Source: Camelus dromedarius
Taxonomy: Eukaryota
DNA: 64,000 nt
Reading direction: 5' to 3'
Assembly (NCBI RefSeq): GCF_036321535.1
Contig: NC_087436.1
Coordinates: 88,538,001 to 88,602,000, forward strand
Shown here piece after piece: positions 1 through 14,142 of this stretch (within the stretch, counting starts at the first letter, position 1; each line of letters begins with the position of its first letter). The notes below the pieces were generated by a model. That model was not told the origin of the DNA and ran no database searches. It saw only the letters and a program-made list of their open reading frames with translations. The translations under genes were made by a program, and so were the position numbers.

Positions 1-1016
1 TGGATGGTCTGCTGACCCACTTTGAACTTTAAGACGTGCACCGGTTTTAGCTGGGTCCTCTAAGCTATTCTGATCTACTTTCAGGTCATTATGAATAAAA
101 CTATGTCATGTCTTATACGGGATATTTTTCTAGCAGAATGGATGGTGGTGGTGATAGTGAGATATCACTCATATTCATGAGCCATTTTACCAAATATTTT
201 GTTAATAACACAGTCCTTCTCCTTCTCTAGAAAGTCTAGACTTTTGAAACTCAAAAGCTATAATAAATGTGGCTCTTTTCCTTTTGATTTCTGTTATTCA
301 TTCTTTCCCCTGGTAGAATGACCTCGGGCTCAATAAAGGGCTTAAAGATGGGGTGAGGTAAGGTACGTGGGGAAAAAAGCAGGTGTGTGGGGAAGCATTA
401 ATACATATTTCAAAAATACTGTATTGCACATGCAAGGGGCTGCATGGCACAGGTTAGCTATCCTTTCTTTTCAGATTCCCACACTTGGATGTTCTTGCAT
501 GCAATTCTCAAAAAAGAGAGAGGGTTTATTACCTTTTTTGTCGTTACATTTTAAAGAACTTGATAGCTGTTCCTGATTACTTTCCGTTTAGGGCCATTCA
601 AATGCACAAGAGATTTTACGCATCAGATATATTATGTTCAAATACTTTTATTTTCCCCTTCTCTGCCCTACCAAAAATATATGTATAAAGAAAGAAAATA
701 AAGCATTCAATTTTGAATTTATTCTTCCACAAATATTTATCTTTTAAAAAATAACCTTGGTTGTTCTTTGCAGAATTTAGAATTTCTCATAACTGATCAG
801 TGGGATGTGTTTTAGACTGAAGAATTGCTAAGGTATTTTGAGATCCAAATGAGATAAACACAATTGAGGCTTGGTTTAAGGAGGAAATTCCATAAGGGAT
901 TCTCTTCCACTTTGATAGCAAAAAGAGAAGATATACAGAACCTTCCTGGGGTAAAACAGTTTGTATTTTAGAAATCAGAGTTAACTAAAAGGATTTGAAG
1001 GAAACAGAGGTAATGA

Positions 1017-1172
<156 letters not shown>

Positions 1173-1228
1173 TGAATTTGATGTTCATTTTTTGGAGCTT
1201 TGTTTAATAATATAGGCCAATCTCTTTT

Positions 1229-1639
1229 TTGTTAAACTTTTTTTTCATTGAGTTATAGTCATTTTACAATGTTGTGTCAAACTCCAGTGTAGAGCACAAT
1301 TTCTCAGTTATATATGAACATAAGTATATTCATTGTCACATTTTTTTCTCTTGAGATGTTTTCTCTTCAGATCTTGTATATATTTCCCGGTGCTATACAG
1401 TATAATCTTGTTTATCTATTCTACATTTTGAAATCCCAGTCTGTCCCTTCCCACCCCCGGCCCCCTTGGCAACCACACGTTTGTATTCTATGTCTATGAA
1501 TCTGTTTCTGGTTTGCATTTATTTATTTTTTTTAAGTTTCCGCATATGAATGATCTCATGTGGTATTTTTCTTTCTCTTTCTGGCTTACTTCACTTAGAA
1601 TGACATTCTCCAGGGACATCCATGTTGCTGCAAGTGGCA
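1229..1639 (-). mobile_element. 5'-truncated L1 3' end with perfect 15-bp TSD
   Basis: Poly(T) followed by L1 3'UTR-like sequence; TSD aggccaatctctttt at 1214-1228 and 1640-1654. Confidence 0.85.
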
Positions 1640-1767
1640 AGGCCAATCTCTTTTAACTTTGATTTCTTAATATAATGTTGCTGAAAGTCTTCCTATGACT
1701 GTGTTTCTGTCTTAGGTATTCTGAACACATCAAGGTGTCTTTGGCAGCTGGTGTCATACTCTTTCTT

Positions 1768-2094
1768 TTTTTTTTTTCGCTTTTCATTTTATTTTTTATT
1801 GAAGTGTAGTTGATTTACAGTGTTAGTTTCAGGTGTACAGCAAAGCAATTCAGTTATATATACACATACATACATACATATATTTTGAGATTCTTTACCA
1901 TTATATGTTATTGCAAGAAAATGAGTATAGTTCCCTGTACTATATAGTAGATCCTTGTTGTGTATCTATTTTATATATAGTGATGTGTATCTGTTAATCC
2001 CAAACTCCCAATTTATCTCCCCCCACCGCCCTTTCCCCTTTGGTAATCATAGTTTGCTGTCTGTGAGTCTATTTTTGGTTTGTAAATAAAATTT
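1768..2094 (-). mobile_element. 5'-truncated L1 3' end
   Basis: Poly(T) plus ttattgaagtgtagttgatttaca, typical of laurasiatherian L1 3' ends. TSD gtgtcatactctttctt (1751) / gtgtcatacgcattctt (2095), 15/17 identical. Confidence 0.85.
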
Positions 2095-2920
2095 GTGTCA
2101 TACGCATTCTTACATAAGTCTGCCTTTTGGATCTTTTCCCTTCCCATTGAGCACTTGTTGCAAAACCATAGCAGAATCTACTGATCTAGAAAACAAACTC
2201 AGCCAACTTTTCCACACGACAGAGACTTGCAAGGAGAACTGATCTTATGGTATCATTGAATTTTGAGTGTGATTAATAAACTTCATTGTCTAACTACGAG
2301 CAATGCTATCTCATTTACATCATTACCTTTATATTTTGTGAAATTAGACATAGGCCTCCTTGGGATCTATCAGTTGCTATTTATATTGGGTAGTGTTCCT
2401 CATTGAGAAGGAGACACCGTGGACCCATGTCCAGTGGAGTTTGTTCTTTGAGTTGACTTTCACAAAATGGCAATAAATGAACAGTAATCTATTTTCTTTC
2501 ATCCAGAACTTCCTGGGTGGCATCTTGGGTTTGGAGAGACATCTGTACCCTCAAAGGGGATGAATTTTATTGTCCACAGTGAGGTTAGGCTTGTACCACT
2601 GATCTTATTAGCTTTCTAGTGACATGTGGTAGTCTTGGCAGGTGACATTGTAAGCTGTACTAGAGAGCAGCTACATTGTGAGACCGATGGATAGAACACG
2701 AGCACCTCACCAGGTGGCTGCAGAACAACGAGAACTCCCTGAGTTTTACCTGACCACTTGTCTTCCTTCCCCACTGGACAGTGAGCTTCTCGAGCACATG
2801 GACTGCTTTCAGGCTTAAGAATCCTCTGGCTCTAGCCTGTGCCTGGCCTCTGATCAATTTGTAGCATAAGTGGGTAATTAAATAAACTCAAATTGGGAGC
2901 CTTGAAGGAGTTTCAACCAT

Positions 2921-2944
2921 CAATCAATCAATCAATCAATCAAT
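2921..2944. repeat. (CAAT)6 microsatellite
   Basis: Read directly from the sequence. Confidence 0.9.
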
Positions 2945-3421
2945 GACTTTTGAATACCTATTTATATACAGAGCCCCTGACAGATTTTCTGGGGGTTCTA
3001 TCCAGCAGTCTGTCTTTTGGTAGGAAGAGGGGAACACATACCTTCTGTTGGTTGGTAAACTCTTGCCGGCAACAGAGGATCATGCAATTCTGTCATTTTC
3101 TATGGAATGGCAGGAAGCTCCATTGATTTCAGGGTGTGGAGGCATGAGCAGTACTTAGAAATGAAGATGCGGCCGGCATTTTCTTCCAATAAGGAGGCAG
3201 TCGAGACCAATGGAAAAGGAAGGGCCTGGACTTCACTAGGAATATATTCAGTTTATAGGTGTCTTCAAAAACGAAGATGGACAGGGGCTGCTTCCCATCA
3301 CTCTGGATGATTGTAACTCAAGGCTGGAGGAGGAAGAGAATGCCTTGGAATTTGAAACAGCTCTTTAAGTTCCCCGTAAACATTGTTCTCTAACCTCTTG
3401 TTTTCATGCACTTATTTGCAG

Positions 3422-3579
3422 GAGTTTTGATGTGGGAAGTTTTTACAGAAGGAAAAATGCCTTTTGAAAATAAGTCAAATTTGCAAGTGGTAGAAGCTAT
3501 TTCTAAAGGCTTCAGGCTGTACCGCCCTCACCTGGCACCCATGTCCCTGTATGAAGTCATGTACAGCTGCTGGCATGAG
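3422..3579 (+). CDS. TXK: TXK penultimate coding exon
   Basis: Acceptor ttgcAG at 3420-3421 and donor GTGAGT at 3580. Translates (G)[52 protein letters not shown]. Confidence 0.97.
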
Positions 3580-5321
3580 GTGAGTGTCCCTTACTTTCCT
3601 GCAAAGGTTGGCGGTCTCAGCATCTGAGGGCAGACCTGATTATCGCCAGCATTACTCCAGGACTCTGTCATGGCAGGACAAGGTCTCTGTTTCTCAGGAA
3701 TGATCCCGGAGAGCCGGAAGTACTCCCCTTGCGAAACCATTAATCCATTTTGTTTCTGACAATGGCCTTTCATTTGAGGAATTCAGTGCATGTTCCAAGT
3801 CTTATCTTTCTGAGGTTGGAGCCCCAGAAACTCTCGATGTTACTGAAGCCTCAGTGATGAGATATATTATTCCTTTTAAGGACTGCTGGTGGAAAAAGGA
3901 AAGTCCATTTAAGGACTTAAGGGCAGAGTCAGGCTTGTTACGCTTCCACACTGAAAGCGAAGGATGGTGTTTTTATTTACGTCCTTTTGATTCATCTTGT
4001 TTTTTCCAAGGCTGAAAGTAATGGATTTCATCTCTCCTGTGACACTCAAGACTTCCTATAGAGAGATTAAAACAGAATAGAAATGAAGGCAGAATGTGCG
4101 CCCGGAACTTCTACTCAGAAAAATTCTCTCTCGGGAGCCCAGTTTCTCTTTTTCTTGAAATGCCAAGCTTAAAAATAAAGCCAGAGGAGTTGATATCCCA
4201 CCTCCGTCTTTTCTGGGCACCGACTCAACACACCCCTCCCCTTCAAGGCAGACCCCTCTGTGATTTTGACAGCTCCTCTCTCTTTCCAGCTGACAGTTTC
4301 AGCCCAGAAAAATTACAGCTGGATGAGGGGTTTCCTCTTGGCTGAAAAAGAAATTACTTGACTCCCAATTCACAAACAGGAGAAAATTCAATATTTCAAG
4401 AGCAATATGGTTGTTCCCATTCCAGAGAAATATTAATTTTATGAAGATTCCCTGGTGTATGAAAATACTTTATACATGATTAACTGCTCTGCAAGGAATC
4501 TTGAAAGACATAAAAAATGTTAAAGTAAGCTGTTAGTAGCAAACAGATGTCTTACGAGCATCTTTGCAGTAACAATGTAAACAGCTCCGGAATATATATT
4601 GCATATTAAGCTACATGCTTGTATATGTGCATACAGTATGCTTGTTGGGATTTTACGTATCTGTGGAGAGGAGACAGAGAAGGGGGTAAAAGAGATGCTG
4701 ACAAGAGGACCAAGTAAACGAGGCACCTCTAGGTTCAAACATGATTACATTAGCGTTGATACACCTGTTACAGGCTCTGTTATCTGCACAACCTCAGCAC
4801 CAGCAAAAAGCTCCACAATTTATTTCTGGAGTCTCAAGGAGGACTCTCACGTGTGCTCCCACATCCATCTGCTCTGTCTTTTTTACTGATGCCTTATGTT
4901 TACAAGCCACTGAGGGTGGTGTCTCCCCGCTAACCCTGCTGCCAGTGACCCCTGTGAGAATGTGGCTACTATGAGTGATTCTATTTCCCAGGGATTCCAA
5001 AAATAACACGGAGCTTCCTCATGGGGCCAGAGTCAAACCACATCCCATGTTGAAAGAGGAAAGATGCTCCAATCCTTGGCTTCATGGTCTGAGATTTTTG
5101 TTAACTGAGCCTTAAGACAGCACCGCCTGTGCTCCAAGACCTGCAAAGTCCCTCGTGAAAACATGCCTTTTGCTTTTCTGACTAAAATCCTTCTTTCCCC
5201 AGGTGGTCAGGTATAGTGAGTAACTGGGGCTGAGCTTGGGAGCTTGGTACCCCAGCTGCCCCTCTCTCCCAGCTCTTCCTTTACCCCGTGCCTATCAAGT
5301 CATCCAAACAGATCTCTAGGG

Positions 5322-5506
5322 CAGCACTGTCCAGTGGAACTTCCTGTGATGTTGGAAATGTGCTGTGTCTGCACTGTCCAATACGGTAGCTGCAGCTGGC
5401 TTTTGAAGAATTAAAAAGTGGCTAGTGTGACTGAGAACTGAATTTTAATTAACTGAATTAATTAATTGAATTTTAAACTAATTGAAACGGCCACACGTGG
5501 CTGGTG
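5322..5506 (+). mobile_element. MER3-like hAT-Charlie DNA transposon relic
   Basis: cagcactgtccagtggaacttcctgtgatgttggaaatg...ccacacgtggct resembles the recalled MER3 consensus. Confidence 0.75.
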
Positions 5507-5727
5507 TTTGCAGCTCCCGTCATTTGATTTCTGGAGGGCTTTCCACCCTTGTATTTTCACACTTGTGCCTCGCTCACCTGCCATTCGTGCCCTGTGTGTC
5601 AGCCAGGATATCTTTGTCTTCTGATCGTGGTGAAGCAGCCCAGATCCAGGTCTCTGCCAGCAAGTTCCAGGGCTGTTGTCCGAGTGAGTCTTAAGCTGAG
5701 CTGACCGCCTCCGCTTCCCTTTTCCAG

Positions 5728-5796
5728 AAACCTGCAGGCCGCCCGACGTTTGCTGAGCTGCTGCGGGTGCTCACAGAGATCGCGGAAACCTGGTGA
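5728..5796 (+). CDS. TXK: TXK last coding exon, to the stop codon
   Basis: Polypyrimidine tract and acceptor ttccAG at 5726-5727. Translates KPAGRPTFAELLRVLTEIAETW*, the TXK-type C-terminus; TGA at 5794-5796. Confidence 0.96.
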   Translation, partial: KPAGRPTFAELLRVLTEIAETW

Positions 5797-6211
5797 CCTG
5801 GACGGAATGCCGACCCAGGGCGTCGTCGGGCAAGATTGTCACACAGGGAAACCCTGTGTGTGGCTGGCTAATGGTGAATGTTTTCCTTTAGACGCACTGA
5901 CTCTCAGAAACAGCGCAAAGATCATAGACTTTTCAAACTTTTTAAAGTTTAAGCATATTCTGACAATTTTTCTACATGCGTATTTGACAGAGACTTCGAA
6001 GCTCTGATTTTTCTGTAATATTCTTTGCGTCTGAAGGAAGGAAAAATACTCCATAGCAGCCTTCAAACTGGCTACTCTTCGTGAGAACAGCCCCGAGGCC
6101 CCCTGAGGGCACGTGAAAACCTCATCCTTTACTGAGGAAGGGTCTGAGGACATTTCTTTCCTGAAGAAGAGTGACATTCTTTCCTTTGATGGCCCATGCA
6201 CAGAAGATGAA

Positions 6212-6217
6212 AATAAA
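6212..6217 (+). promoter_or_regulatory. Candidate TXK polyadenylation signal
   Basis: First AATAAA I found downstream of the TXK stop. Actual usage unknown; the UTR may extend further. Confidence 0.3.
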
Positions 6218-8559
6218 GTCTTCCAACTCCTGGAATGAAGGAGCAGCCCCTGCAGAATGTCATGCTTTTGAGCTGTACGGAGCTTCATGAAAAATGCACC
6301 TTTGCAAACCACGTGAATGTGAGCCTTCTGGAACTCCCCCACAACCTTCCCTGTGTTATTTAACAGATTGTTTTTGCACATTTCTGATTATCTGGGGGAC
6401 AGTCTCCTGTGTTCCAGGATTGAGCATGGTTATAGGAGAGAGTTCTTTGAGTGGGTCCTGGTGACATTTCTATTTCCAGCGATGTCCATTGTCTGCAACA
6501 ATTCAGAACTGGAATCTTAGTTCTGAGATTTCACACTTTGTACGTGTGAAGTTGGACCATTTAAGAAGTCTCATTTTGTCATAGAAAGTGCCTCTAGTAC
6601 CCTTCTAGAGGATGACTTGTTTTTCCCACGAGAGCAAGAGGAGACAAAAACAAGAAACCCACATGTTACATGAAGTTCCATTATTTTTGAAGTCCAGGGT
6701 TTTGGATTCAAGATGAAATAACCAGTCATCAGAATTAAATCTTAACTTCTCGTGCACCATATGTGGGAATGATTGGAAATTGATCTTTGCTGTCCTGAGT
6801 GCTTCAGAAGTACACAGGGAGAAGGGTGCGACAGAAGGCACTAGTCATTACCGTGAGGGTTAACGACAGGAGCCTCTTATTCGTGTGCTGTCCCACCTGG
6901 CACCGTGGTTCTGGGGGAATGTGCTTTATGAGTTTCGTGAGATTATAAGTTGCTGGCTGTCCACAGTTGTGACTTTTAAATCACATTTGCCCACTCCAGG
7001 AGTGGTATGTTAGAACATCAGTGGTCCTCAGTCAATGTGCATTGAACTAACGTGCAGCAGGCACAAGAATTATCAACCTTGATAATGTAAGTGGTGCTCT
7101 CAGAAGTATCTGTATGAGTTACTGTGCTGTTTCTGAAACTATCACACCCCATTTCCCTTATGATCCTGCTGTGGGGAGGTGAGACAGGGCTCCTACTACT
7201 GAGATGCTGGCTCAAGGAGGATGTGTGAATGTCTAGCTCAGGAAGGCATGAGACGATTTATCAGCAAAAGCTGAGGGAGAGGAGGTTAATGTTATGACAT
7301 AGGAAATTAAGTCTTACCAATATATGCGAGCAGGTATCTATCCTTAGACGTCCTCACTCCCCCCGCCACCCCCCCCAAAAAAGCCCCAAACCCAAATACT
7401 GAAAAGATAGGACTGACTATGGAGCATCCTCCATCCCTCTAGGGATGGAGTACAGAGCCAGTACAGAGCAAAGAGTTATTCCTGGGGCATCACGTTGCAG
7501 CAGCTGGCACTTCTAAGAGTATATATTGTTGGTGGCAAGGAAGTTCTATTCCTTTTATTTTAACAATTCAGGAAATTTTGAGATACCCAATTAGGAGAGG
7601 AATGCCTGGTTGTCACATAGCTAACTGAGACTCCAAATAATGTGTGAATGTGGAATGTCTTCAGACAGAGATTCAGCATTCTCTGTCCAGCAAAAGAAAA
7701 AAAAAATTTCTTTGCGAAGTAGTCATACAACTTCTCCTGGAAGGGAACTATGTTTTCCAACCAATCTTCATGTTAGTTATTGATGTGAGCTCTCTGCGGG
7801 TAGTGGTACTAGTTTGGGGTGAGGTAGTGCAATAGTTAATCAGCTCTGCATAAGTAATGAACAGGAAGTTTAGGGGTTGGTTGTGGGTGAGAGTCCTAAA
7901 AAGAAGACAGGAGGTCAAAGGAGAGAGGGGAAGCTCAGGAAAATGGAAGGAATTTGGAGACCAAGCAGAACATGTGATCGGTGTGAATAACAGTTTGGCC
8001 AGAATAGACAAAGGAATTCTTTTCTTTAGTAAACTTTTTATTGATGTGTAATACACAGTCCCACTATTGCATAAGTAATGTGTTTGGCAATCAAACTCAC
8101 AAGACACAGTAGCATTTGATCCAGCACTAAGTTTGTTTAGGCTTTTAGAAGGACTCAGAACAGGAAAGATCATGCACAGCCCTCAGTCTCAACAGAAGTC
8201 TCCCAGTTCTCTGTATGCATAGATGCTTGGCTCCCTCTTCTCCTGCCTAGAGAGTGCAGATGTTTGCTGGTGGTGAGGCTATGGGATGTGGGGTTCATCA
8301 TGATGCAAAGAAGCTTCTCCCTGTGTTTCTCACTCATCATGTGGGTCTACGGTTTATAGTCTCCCAGCCCATGTGCTGTCTCACAGATCAGAGATTTCAC
8401 AGTGTATGAAACACATGTCTGGCCCTGGCACCCAACACTCCAAATTCGTCTTAATTTGGGACATATCAAGGGGACTGGTGCTGGAAGAAGGCAAACCTAA
8501 AATCCTCCCAGGCAGGTCTAGATCTAGGAGAAAAAGAGTACAGGCTTGCTGTTAACCTC

Positions 8560-10030
8560 TGCTCACTGTAAATAAAAGTACACAAATCATATGTATATAG
8601 CTTAATTTTCACAAAGGGGATACATCTGTGTAAGGAGTATTTATATCAAGATATTATACATTCTAGAATTTCAGAATTTTGAAATCTAGAACTTCAAAAT
8701 TCTCATTTTCTATTTAAGTCATTAAACCAATAGTAATCAGTATCCTGATTTCCAACACCATGAATTAGTATGCACTATTTTTGAACTTTCTAAATGGAAT
8801 CCTATGGTGTATGCTCTCCTGTGCCTGGCTTCTTTCACTTAGGGTGTTTGTTTGATCCATCCATGGTGTACATAGTTGTATTTCATTCATTCTCATCCCT
8901 GTATAGTCTTCTACCATGTATTTATACCACAAATTATTTATCTATTTTACTCTTCCTTAAAACATTGAAATATTGTTGATTTAATATGTTGTGTTAGTTT
9001 CTGGTGTACAGCAAAGTGATTCAGTTATCTATACATATATATACATTCTTTTTTATATTCTTTTCCATTATGGTTTATTATAGAATATTGAATATAATTC
9101 CCTGTGCTATACAGTAGGACCTTGTTGTTTATTTTATATATAGTAGTTTGTGTCTACTAATCCCCAACTCCTAATTTATCCTTCCCCCACCCTCCTGCCC
9201 CCCAGTAACCATATATTTGTTTTCTGTCTGAGTCTGTTTCTGTTTTGTAAATAACATTTGTATCATATTTTAGATTCCACATATAAGTGATATCATATGT
9301 TTGTCTTCCCCTTTATGACTTACGTTACTCAGCATGATAATCTCTAGGTTCATCCATATTGCTGCAAATGGCAGTATCTCATTCTTTTTTTGTGGCTAAA
9401 TAGTATTTCATTGTATATATACCATATCTTCTTAATCCATTCATCTGTCAATGACATTTATGTTGCTTCCATGTCTTGGCTATTGTAAATAGTACTATGA
9501 ACATTGGGGTGTTAATTAGAATTTTCTCCAGATATACGTCCAGGAGTGGGATGGCTAGATTATATGGTAAGTCTATTTTTAGTTTTTAAAGGAATCTCCA
9601 TACTGTCCTCCATAGTGGCTGCATCAATTTACATTCCCACCAACAGTGTAGGAGGGTTCCCTTTTCTTCACACCTTCTCCAGCATTTGTTATTTGTAAAC
9701 TTATAAATGATGGCCACTCTAACCCCTGTGAGTTGGTACCTTACTGTAGTTTCGATTTGCATTTCTACTCTTAATGGACGTTTGAGGTGTTTCCAGTTTT
9801 GGGCTGTTAAGATAAATGCTGCTGTAAATATTGTTCTCCATGTCTTTTGGTAAAAATTTGTATGTATTTTGGTATATGCCTAGGGGTGGAATTCAGAGCC
9901 AAAACATATGCGTATGTTTATCTTTTGTATCTAGTGCCAAACAGTGTCTCTAAGTGAATGTAACCAATGACACAACTGGCAGCAGGGTAAGGGCCTTCCA
10001 GTTGCCTCACATCCTCAGCAACATTTCACA
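8560..10030 (-). mobile_element. Old L1M fragment interrupted by a younger L1 3' end (about 8955-9760)
   Basis: The younger L1 is flanked by attttactctt (8944) / atttctactctt (9761). Removing it restores continuous old L1 sequence. Confidence 0.75.
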
Positions 10031-10357
10031 AAGGACACACTCCATTGTTTCTGGATGAAGTTCCTATGGAAAACCAGCCAAGGCCTTTTTACCAGTTGGT
10101 TGCTTTTCTTTTATTAACTCACCCTGCTCCCTTGCCAGTGTTTTCCTCCTCTCTTTCCTTGTGTCTGCCCCAAATTGTGTTCCCTCGGAAGCATCTTCCA
10201 AACACAGTGACACTTAGGGTGAGGATGGGGTTGATATTCTTTTCAGGCGTCCTGAGGACTGGGTACGTGGTTTGGGCAAGGGGCAGACTCCCCAGCTCCC
10301 TTTACAATATCTTCTTTATGCAGACTCTAGTTTTTACAAAGTTTCTTCCTCTAGTTC

Positions 10358-10578
10358 AAGGCTTCTCAGTCCCAGTGCTATTGGCATTTAGGGCTGGATA
10401 ATTCTTTATTGTAGAAGGATGTGCTGCACATCATAGGATATTTAGCCACATCCTTGGCCTCTCCTCGCTAGATGCCAGGAGCACACCCCACTCCCCCAGT
10501 GGTAACAACCAAAAATGTCTCTAGAACATGGCCAAATATTCTCTGGGGGGCAAGATCACCCTTGGTTGAGAACCACTG
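10358..10578 (+). mobile_element. MER20-like hAT-Charlie element, near full length
   Basis: ggataattctttattgt...ctagatgccag...caaccaaaaatgtctc...ggttgagaaccactg matches the recalled MER20 consensus. Confidence 0.8.
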
Positions 10579-10589
10579 ATCCAGTTACA

Positions 10590-11106
10590 AAAGGATCTTG
10601 ATCTGAGATTAAAGAGATCCATGAACTTGAAAGGAAAAAAAAGGAATCACATCTTTGTTTTTACTAAACTTTCACTAAAATTTAGCGTTTCCTGTAATTC
10701 TAGATGTAGGCAGCGCTCCCCAGAACGAACAACCCCTCCCCCCCAAAAACAGTACCTTATAATAGCAATGTCTGTGACTTGGTCTGTGAAAAACTGCTCT
10801 TTTCATATCACATGGGAGTTGTTTCAGTTTTTCATGAGAAAGAATTTGCATTCATCACTACGTCAAAGTCTCACAGCTTTTAGTACTGCCACTAGACCTT
10901 GTCACTTAACTCAATAAAAAAGACATGTTACTAAGGTGCACATGCATTTAAAAATATTTCAATAAGTTTCTCTGAATATAATTGGTTACCTTATTAGTTG
11001 TATGTATTTTTATTTATGCACTTAAAAACATTATGCCAAGAAGGGGTACAAAGGCATCACTAGACTGACAAAGTGATTCATGGCATAAAACAGTTAAGAA
11101 CCCCTG
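10590..11106. mobile_element. MER119-like hAT-Charlie element
   Basis: Terminus aaacattatgccaagaaggggtac...catggcataaaacagttaagaacccctg resembles recalled MER119. Confidence 0.6.
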
Positions 11107-11628
11107 TACTGAACAGAGTTTCTGAATTTGGAAAGGTCTGTCTGTGCTGGGCCACACGGATCACATGCTCATCATTGCCTTAAAAGAAGCCCTATGAGAT
11201 GTCCTTTGGGCCAGTGCTGTGGGCTGATTCGCTGACGTGCATTTCTATCCTCAGAGCCGTCTCCCTCCCTACTCTGCACACGTTGTCAGGGCCACTCCTC
11301 AGTTCTGGGCTGCCTGTGCCCTCTGGGAGTGGAGTCTCAGTTGCCCCTGTGTTTGGCAGCAGGGAGGCTGGATACCAGCGGCCCCTTGAACCTGTGTGGA
11401 GTCCAGCTCCAGATGGGCATTTCTGTCTCTCTTCTCCTCTGGAGCTTCCACACCTGGCCAGTTGGAGGGAGAGAAAGTGGATAAATCAAATCTCTCTGAG
11501 GCTCCATTTCACTTCCAAAACCAGAAGGCAAAACAACAACAACAACAAAACGCAAACACAAAACAAACAAAAAACCCCCAGAGCAACAACAAAAAAACTA
11601 TCCAAAAACCCTAAACCCAATTCAGGCT

Positions 11629-11777
11629 GGCATTTGTGACCGTCACTACTGGTAGGAGATGCTACTGGCTTCTAGTGGGCAGAGACCAGGATGCTGCTAA
11701 ACGTCCTACAGTGCTCAGCACGTCCCTCCACAACAGAGAACCATCCAGCCCACAACATCAGTAGCACTGAGGTGGGA
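11629..11777 (-). mobile_element. MER20-like fragment, opposite orientation to the 10358 copy
   Basis: tgctactggcttctagtgggcagagaccaggatgctgctaaac is the reverse complement of the MER20 core. Confidence 0.7.
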
Positions 11778-12749
11778 TGGGGTATTACTGGACCTTATGA
11801 CTGTGAAGTCTGGGGGTGCGGACTGTACCTTTTCCAGATGAAAAGTGGCTGCTGTAACCACATACCTGTTGACCTGAAATAAATAGGAGGAGAACACTTT
11901 TATAGAGAGGAAAAAGAAGTTGCAAGGGCCACAGTAAAGAAACAGTCTGTGGCTTTTATTGGCTGAGTCCTTGCTAGGAAAGAAGAGGAGTCTTTTCTTT
12001 TTCCTGTTAGACTCTGATATCATCACAGGGCATGAGAGCTCCCCCTTCTGGTCTCTTGACTCTATTTAATTGAGATTTTTCTTGGTTAATTTCTTACATG
12101 CTTCACTTTGACACACCATACCATCCAAAGGGCAGAAGCATCTTCATCTCAGCATTTCCACCAGAGCCCTGTTACTCTCATACTTACATGTTCCCATAAG
12201 AGCCAGGATGGAATCCATTTACCTGCAACCACTTGGAAATAGGAATTGAGAGCTCTGGGGAGGGCTGGGGAGGAGTGAGTAGTGCATGCTGGAATGACAA
12301 TCAACAAATGTCCACCATTCTTCTCTTCCCAGTTACTCTCTTGCTTTCTGGGCACTTAATGCACAGTCCACCATCTTCATGAGTAACGAATTGGAGCTGT
12401 TCAGCTATGATCCATATTTTTAATGCAGATTAGCTCAAATACGCTTGGTAAATTGGGAGATTTCATTAGTATTAAGTGCCAGTTGGGCAGTTATCTCCAG
12501 CACTTTAATATTTTGAAGTGATCTGAGGTAAGCTTTCTCCGATTAGACAGCCTTAGCAATATATGAGGCTATCAAGAGAAAGCTGGAAGTCCTTTGCAGG
12601 TGACTTCCTTTCATGCCACAATTGGTGGGTTTCATGACTTCCTTTATGTTAAACTGCCTGGGAAAGTTGAAAGTGCAGGTGAAGAATCAGCTCAGGTTGA
12701 AGCATCATGTTCTCTTTCTCTCTGTCACTTGTACCCATACACTCGCTGA

Positions 12750-13080
12750 CCTCATCGCCTGCTTCTCTGCCATTTGCCCATGCTCCCCTCGCATATCCTA
12801 GGCACCTCACCTCAGGGCCTTTGCACCTGCTGTTCCTTTTACCAGGAGCCCTTTTCCTGGATATCCATACATGGCTTGCTTCTTCATCTCCTCCAGGTTG
12901 TTGCTCAATTGTCACCCTCCCTGTGAGACTTTCTCAAATTACCCTTTTCAAAATGATAAACCCCCTTCCCACCAGGGACATTCCCTGTTTTGTCTGTTTT
13001 GTTCACTGCTGTATCCCCAGTCCCTTGAACAGGGCCTGACACAAGAGTTAAGCTAAATAAATATTCATGGAATAACTCGG
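12750..13080 (+). mobile_element. L2 3' fragment
   Basis: cctcagggcctttgcacctgctgttcc...gttcactgctgtatccccag...aataaatattc, typical of an L2 3' end. Confidence 0.75.
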
Positions 13081-14142
13081 TGAAATAAAAGTAGTAGAAC
13101 TATCTAGAGGCTTCATTTTCCAGAGATGGTGGGGTGGGTTCCAGTCTGGTAAGTAGCTCTCCTCTCGGGATTCTGGGCTGATCCATTGCTTTTCCACATA
13201 GTGGGGGACTGTTTCTCCTCCTGGTTGTAGTGTATAACCTCAGGTGGCCATCTGTCCTTCTTTTTGGCAGAGACCTTACTTTATCCAGGACAATTTGACC
13301 TACACATAAATTTTTATATCTCCCTTTCCTAATTTATACAGATAGAGGAAAACACATTATGTGAGGGACTGACATCAAATTAGCAGAAAAAAAAGATACC
13401 TGGATAAATCTACAAAGAAATATAAATCCATATAGACACATCAATATTTAATAGAGGAAGTAGATTATCCTTATGTCTACAGCAAGGATGGAAATTACCT
13501 CACGCTACTGCCAAGCAACCTGCAGCTACTTAATTTTGTCCATAACAATCCTATTTTCCTCGGGTGCCCCTCCTTGCTGAGGTGTGCTGGGAAAACTCAA
13601 TTTAGTTTAATCTTGTAACTTTAGACTCATGCAAAAATGAAAATATCCTCCATGGGTGAAGTGGGTTTGCCTTTCTCTCGCTCTGTTTCTGCCAAGGTAG
13701 CATCTGGGCAGAGAAGAGAGAAGAGTGGCTTTATCCAGGGGTGATATTCAAAATATGTAACAACTGATTTGGCCCAGGCACAGACCAATCAGAATGGATG
13801 CTGACCGCCCATGATGAGTCCAGCCCTTCCGACGTGGACCGTGACTATCAGTTCTGGCAAGGTGACCTCAGGGTGGTGACGTGAATGGGAGGGCTAATGG
13901 ATTAGAGCAGTGTCTCCTGGCACCTCTAATCTCAACATTTCTTATCAGCCTGTTTGCCGCTTGCCCTGCTGGCATCTGCAGACCAAGTGGGTGGCTGGCC
14001 TCTGCTGACTTGGTCAGGACCCAGAAGCCCTTCCTGGCTGACTCCACCTCACCCCAGCTCTTGCTGGCACCATAGGTCCCCTCCCCACTTAGCTCTGCCA
14101 TGGTTTCCATTTGCCCCTCGACCTGGGCCGCCCATGTGGTAG

